A DNA stretch of 31,374 nucleotides, taken from the IMG/VR virus record IMGVR_UViG_2802429243_000002. One strand, written 5' to 3'. The notes below the pieces were generated by a model. It saw only the letters and a program-made list of their open reading frames with translations, did not search any database and was not told where the DNA came from. A program made the position numbers and the translations under genes. The DNA is from a virus. Taxonomy: Duplodnaviria; Heunggongvirae; Uroviricota; Caudoviricetes. Below are positions 28,095 to 31,374 of this stretch, one piece after another (positions within the stretch are counted from its first letter, which is position 1; the number at the start of each line of letters is the position of its first letter).

Positions 28095-29552
28095 TTAGGA
28101 GCGCCAAAAAAAACCTGAAAACAATATAATAACAGGATAAATTTCAAGGCGACCAAGAATCATAGCTATGCACATTAAATATTTTGCAATGTCATTAAGC
28201 ACTCCGAATGACGATGCAGTAGCCCCAAAACCTAATCCCATATTATTAATACATGCAGCCACTGTTGCAAATGATGTAAGAAAATCATATCCCATACCAT
28301 TTAACACCAGTATAAAAAACACCGTGAAGAGAGTATAAAGAAAAAAGAAACTCCATACAGACCTCATTACACGATCTGTAACTATCTTCCCTCCTACATT
28401 TACACTCAACAATGCTCTGGGATGAGAAAGTTGATTTATCTCGTGTTTGCTTTGTTTGAAAAGTATAAGAAATCGAAGTGACTTAATTCCACCACAGGTT
28501 GAACCGATACATCCCCCAAAGAAACTTGACAACAGCAAAAACACTATCGTGTGCGTGGGCCAGTTTGCATAATCCTGCGTAGCTAAACCATTATCAGTGA
28601 GCATGGAGCTGGCAAGAAAAAACGAATGAATAAAACTTCCATGCAAGTCATACATACCTATATGCCAGACCTGGAAAGAGGTAACAATGATCACCCCTAA
28701 GGCTATTAACAGAAAGAAACGAAGTTCAATATCTCTGATTAAAGGTTTTATCGTTTTTCTGCTAATAACAATATACCAAAGAGTGAAGTTGAAAGCCGAT
28801 AGCAGGGAAAAAGAACCAGCCACCAGCTCAACCAAATAGTTATTAAAATATCCGATACTCTCGCTATGAGTTGAGAAACCACCAAGCGAAACTGTGGAAA
28901 TCCCGTGACAAATAGCATCAAACAAAGGCATTCCTGCAAGTCTATAACAGACAATACAAGCAATACCTAATAAAGAATAAGTTATCCACAGTGTCCGTGA
29001 CGTATCGGCCAGGCGGGGAGTGAGTTTGTCATCCTTAAATGGCCCCGGCATTTCTGACTGATAAAGCTTTGCACCACCAATACCCAATAATGGCAATACT
29101 GCAACCGCCAGAACAATAACTCCTAAACCACCTATAAAATTTAACTGTGACCGATAGTACAAATATGCCCGAGGTAATGAACTAACATCATCAATTACAG
29201 TTGCTCCTGTTGTTGTTATTCCAGAAACCCCTTCAAACAGAGCATCAATGAACGTTAAATTAAGTTCTGAGTCAATCCATAAAGGGAATGCACTAATAAC
29301 AGAAAACAAAATCCAAAACATTACAATTATAATAAACCCATCACGGGTACGTAATTGAATGCCAGATTTCTTAGTTGTATACCACGCTCCGCCACCAATG
29401 CAAAAAAATATAACGAAAGTTATAAAGAAAACGAACAGGCTTTTTTCTTTATAAAACAATGCTACAACCATTGGTGGCAACATTGAAAGACTATAGAGCC
29501 AAACCAGGAACCCACACATATGAGTAACAACTCTTACATGAGATGTATTCAT
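28095..29552 (-). CDS. trkG: TrkH/TrkG-family potassium uptake protein (prophage moron)
   Basis: Probable ATG at 29552 (MNTSHVRVV...), giving 485 aa; the ORF track starts 6 codons upstream at TTG. Multiple transmembrane segments, Trk-family selectivity-filter-like glycine motifs. Markedly AT-rich compared with neighbouring phage genes. Confidence 0.85.
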   Translation of the reverse strand: MNTSHVRVVTHMCGFLVWLYSLSMLPPMVVALFYKEKSLFVFFITFVIFFCIGGGAWYTTKKSGIQLRTRDGFIIIVMFWILFSVISAFPLWIDSELNLTFIDALFEGVSGITTTGATVIDDVSSLPRAYLYYRSQLNFIGGLGVIVLAVAVLPLLGIGGAKLYQSEMPGPFKDDKLTPRLADTSRTLWITYSLLGIACIVCYRLAGMPLFDAICHGISTVSLGGFSTHSESIGYFNNYLVELVAGSFSLLSAFNFTLWYIVISRKTIKPLIRDIELRFFLLIALGVIIVTSFQVWHIGMYDLHGSFIHSFFLASSMLTDNGLATQDYANWPTHTIVFLLLSSFFGGCIGSTCGGIKSLRFLILFKQSKHEINQLSHPRALLSVNVGGKIVTDRVMRSVWSFFFLYTLFTVFFILVLNGMGYDFLTSFATVAACINNMGLGFGATASSFGVLNDIAKYLMCIAMILGRLEIYPVIILFSGFFWRS

Positions 29553-29689
29553 ATCTAAATATTCTTTCAATTATAACCACCTTGCTGCAATATTATGATT
29601 ATACTGTATAAAATTTAACTCCTCTTAGATCTTACTTCACTGTTCCTTATGAAACAATCATCAAAATGAATCATATTGTAGTTAAGATT

Positions 29690-30154
29690 TTACTTTAAAC
29701 ACTGTTCGGTTATGTATTGCTGAGCACCTTCAAGTTGGGCCTGCATCATTACCAGTCGTTCCCGGAGGGTGAAATAATCCCGTTCAGCGGTGTCTGCCAG
29801 TCTGGGGGAGACTGCATTATCCACGCTGGAGGTGGCGGTGGCTTCACGCACTGACTGACAGACTGCTTTGATGCGCAACCGACGACGACCAGCGGCAACA
29901 TCATCACGCAGAGCATCATTTTCAGCTTTCGCATCAGCTAACTCCTTCAGGTATTTTGCATCGAGTGCAGCAACATCACGCTGGCGTATCTGCATGTCAG
30001 TAATGATTGCGGTCGCCTGGTTGAGTTTTTCCGTCACATTATCGCGTTGCGCTTTGTAGGTAATGGCATTATCACGGTAATGATTAACAGCCCATGACAG
30101 GCAGACGATGATGCAGATAACCAGAGCATAAATAATCACGGCAACTCTGCTCAC
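29690..30154 (-). CDS. Rz: Rz-type i-spanin
   Basis: N-terminal TM segment ([18 protein letters not shown]) then a charged coiled-coil-like periplasmic domain. Probable GTG start at 30154 overlapping the endolysin stop (GTGA); the track starts 5 codons upstream at TTG. Confidence 0.85.
   Translation of the reverse strand: MSRVAVIIYALVICIIVCLSWAVNHYRDNAITYKAQRDNVTEKLNQATAIITDMQIRQRDVAALDAKYLKELADAKAENDALRDDVAAGRRRLRIKAVCQSVREATATSSVDNAVSPRLADTAERDYFTLRERLVMMQAQLEGAQQYITEQCLK
29749..29934 (-). CDS. Rz1: Rz1-type o-spanin lipoprotein, nested in Rz in the +1 frame
   Basis: Lies entirely within Rz in a different frame. Signal peptide with lipobox VVGC and a proline-rich mature part (KPPPPPAW). 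Confidence 0.85.
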   Translation of the reverse strand: MRKLKMMLCVMMLPLVVVGCASKQSVSQCVKPPPPPAWIMQSPPDWQTPLNGIISPSGNDW

Positions 30155-30684
30155 TGCTCTATCCCCCAACAGGCTAATGCGCTCTCCTGATCACGACGAA
30201 TAACCTGACCGTAACAGTTATTTGAACGAAGGCGGCAATCGCGCCCCCTGTCCTTAATCCACCAGCGAATCGCCTCGCAGGCACCTTTACGATCACCTGC
30301 ATTCAGCCGCTTATAAAATGTCGACGGAAAACACTTAGCGGGGCCAATGTTATAGGGACAAAATGACGCGATACCCGCTTTTTGTGGTTCGGTCAGTGTT
30401 ACTTTAATATTGCGATCCACCCATGCCAGCGCCTTATCACGCTCAATGGCATTAACCTGATCGCATTTTTCCTTCGTCAGTGTCATGCCCGGAATAACAG
30501 GTTTACCATCTACTATCGTGGCACCGCGACAGATGGTCCATATGCCGGAACCATCGCGGTATGCCGTAGTGTGGTTACCCTCTTTTTCATCCAGAAACTG
30601 GTCAAGTATCTCAGGAGCAGATGCGCCTGCTCCAATCAGCGCCAGAACGGCCGCTGACAGGCCGTATTTGGTTTTTGCGTTCAT
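30151..30684 (-). CDS. R: SAR-type endolysin (glycoside hydrolase family 24 lysozyme)
   Basis: 177 aa with a weakly hydrophobic Gly/Ala-rich N-terminal segment ([18 protein letters not shown]) and the E-x8-D-x5-T lysozyme catalytic triad ([16 protein letters not shown]). Confidence 0.88.
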   Translation of the reverse strand: MNAKTKYGLSAAVLALIGAGASAPEILDQFLDEKEGNHTTAYRDGSGIWTICRGATIVDGKPVIPGMTLTKEKCDQVNAIERDKALAWVDRNIKVTLTEPQKAGIASFCPYNIGPAKCFPSTFYKRLNAGDRKGACEAIRWWIKDRGRDCRLRSNNCYGQVIRRDQESALACWGIEQ

Positions 30685-30789
30685 GGATATTTATCAGGAT
30701 TTATCGGTTTCTGAACCCTGGATATGTTTATCTGCCCCGGCCTGTTGAATCAGGCGGGGAAAAGGTAAATACAATCAAGAGGATTATTT

Positions 30790-31062
30790 ATGGACAATAA
30801 CACCATTTCTCTACAGGAGTTGCTCGACTGCATTTCCAGGCTTCGGGATGATGTAAATGCCCTCACTGTTGCATTTTCATATCTGGCCTTATCAATTCCC
30901 AGAGAACAAATGCAACCAACACTGGCATCGCTCCTGCTTGAATCACGCAACCCCAAATGGTCCCAGGAACAACAAAATTCTTTTAAGTGGCTGGCGACAT
31001 TACTGGAAGAAAAATATGCTGGTAAAATTACCATTTCGGTGGAGTCTTCAGAAAATCAGTAA
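30790..31062 (+). CDS. Hypothetical 90-aa protein, opposite orientation to the lysis genes
   Basis: Well-formed ORF with an AAGAGGA SD 7 nt upstream of the ATG. No transmembrane segment and no family recognised. Confidence 0.6.
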   Translation: MDNNTISLQELLDCISRLRDDVNALTVAFSYLALSIPREQMQPTLASLLLESRNPKWSQEQQNSFKWLATLLEEKYAGKITISVESSENQ

Positions 31063-31247
31063 TTCTTCCTGGTAGCTTTCCTTTGTAGGTTATCCACACA
31101 TTCTGCGCCTCTAAAATTACGGGGCGCTTTTCCGGCGACTGCTCATCCCCTTCACATAACCCGGCAGCAACATCCAGGAAGACCTGTCTGATGCTCCTTC
31201 TGGCTGCAGCCTCATAAAACTCCAGCGCAGCACCTTCAACACGGTCC
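31028..31247 (-). pseudogene. 5'-truncated ORF interrupted by the IS element
   Basis: A minus-strand frame is open for 73 codons from the IS boundary to a stop at 31028 (...VEGAALEFYEAAARRSIRQVFLDVAAGLCEGDEQSPEKRPVILEAQNVWITYKGKLPGRITDFLKTPPKW) with no in-frame Met, so the start must lie beyond the IS insertion. Confidence 0.55.
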
Positions 31248-31374
31248 TGAATCGCCCCGGGAATCCTGGAGACTAAACTCCTTGAGAGAGAGGTAAACAG
31301 GATGACTAAAAATACGCGCTTTTCCCCTGAGGTCCGTCAGCGGGCCGTTCGTATGGTTATCGAAAGCCAGAATG
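31248..31374 (+). mobile_element. IS3-family insertion sequence (IS629/IS1203-like), left end only
   Basis: Terminal sequence TGAATCGCCCCGGGAATCCTGGAGACTAAACTCC followed about 55 bp later by an orfA start, as in IS629-type elements. The rest of the element lies outside the window. Confidence 0.75.
31302..31374 (+). CDS. IS3-family transposase OrfA, N-terminal 24 codons (3' end outside window)
   Basis: Translation MTKNTRFSPEVRQRAVRMVIESQN matches the characteristic IS629/IS1203-type OrfA N-terminus; AGGTAAACAGG precedes the ATG. Confidence 0.75.
   Translation, partial: MTKNTRFSPEVRQRAVRMVIESQN

Noticed and set aside
30750-31034. 94-aa minus-strand ORF considered as a possible holin
   Set aside because: No hydrophobic transmembrane segment and Cys/Ser-rich odd composition; antisense to the better-formed 90-aa plus-strand gene.
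1-31374. tRNA or rRNA genes
   Set aside because: No cloverleaf-like or rRNA-like segments were recognised by eye; a dedicated tRNA scan was not possible, so this is a weak negative.

Overview
This window is almost entirely the late (lysis, packaging, head, tail) region of a lambdoid, Rac-like enterobacterial prophage, with nearly all genes on the minus strand. Reading right to left: a partial IS3-family (IS629-like) element that truncates a prophage ORF; a lysis cassette with a SAR-type endolysin and nested Rz/Rz1 spanins but no recognisable holin; an AT-rich TrkH-family K+ transporter moron (trkG-like); a ParB-like nuclease-domain protein next to a GT-A-fold glycosyltransferase-like protein; terminase small and large subunits, portal, MuF-like protein, scaffold and major capsid; head-tail connector proteins and major tail protein; a G/G-T chaperone pair with an A_AAA_AAG -1 frameshift site; then lambda-type H-M-L-K-I-J, lom, stf and tfa. 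The left ~2 kb holds an MBL-fold hydrolase gene bracketed by two copies of a ~34-bp palindromic att-like repeat, and the 3' end of a GGDEF diguanylate cyclase gene. The candidates most worth follow-up are the ParB-like/GT-A pair, a TGCGCA repeat array inside terS (possible pac site), the holin-less lysis cassette, and the repeat-flanked MBL islet. All calls rest on reading the sequence and translations and on recalled family hallmarks; no database search was run.
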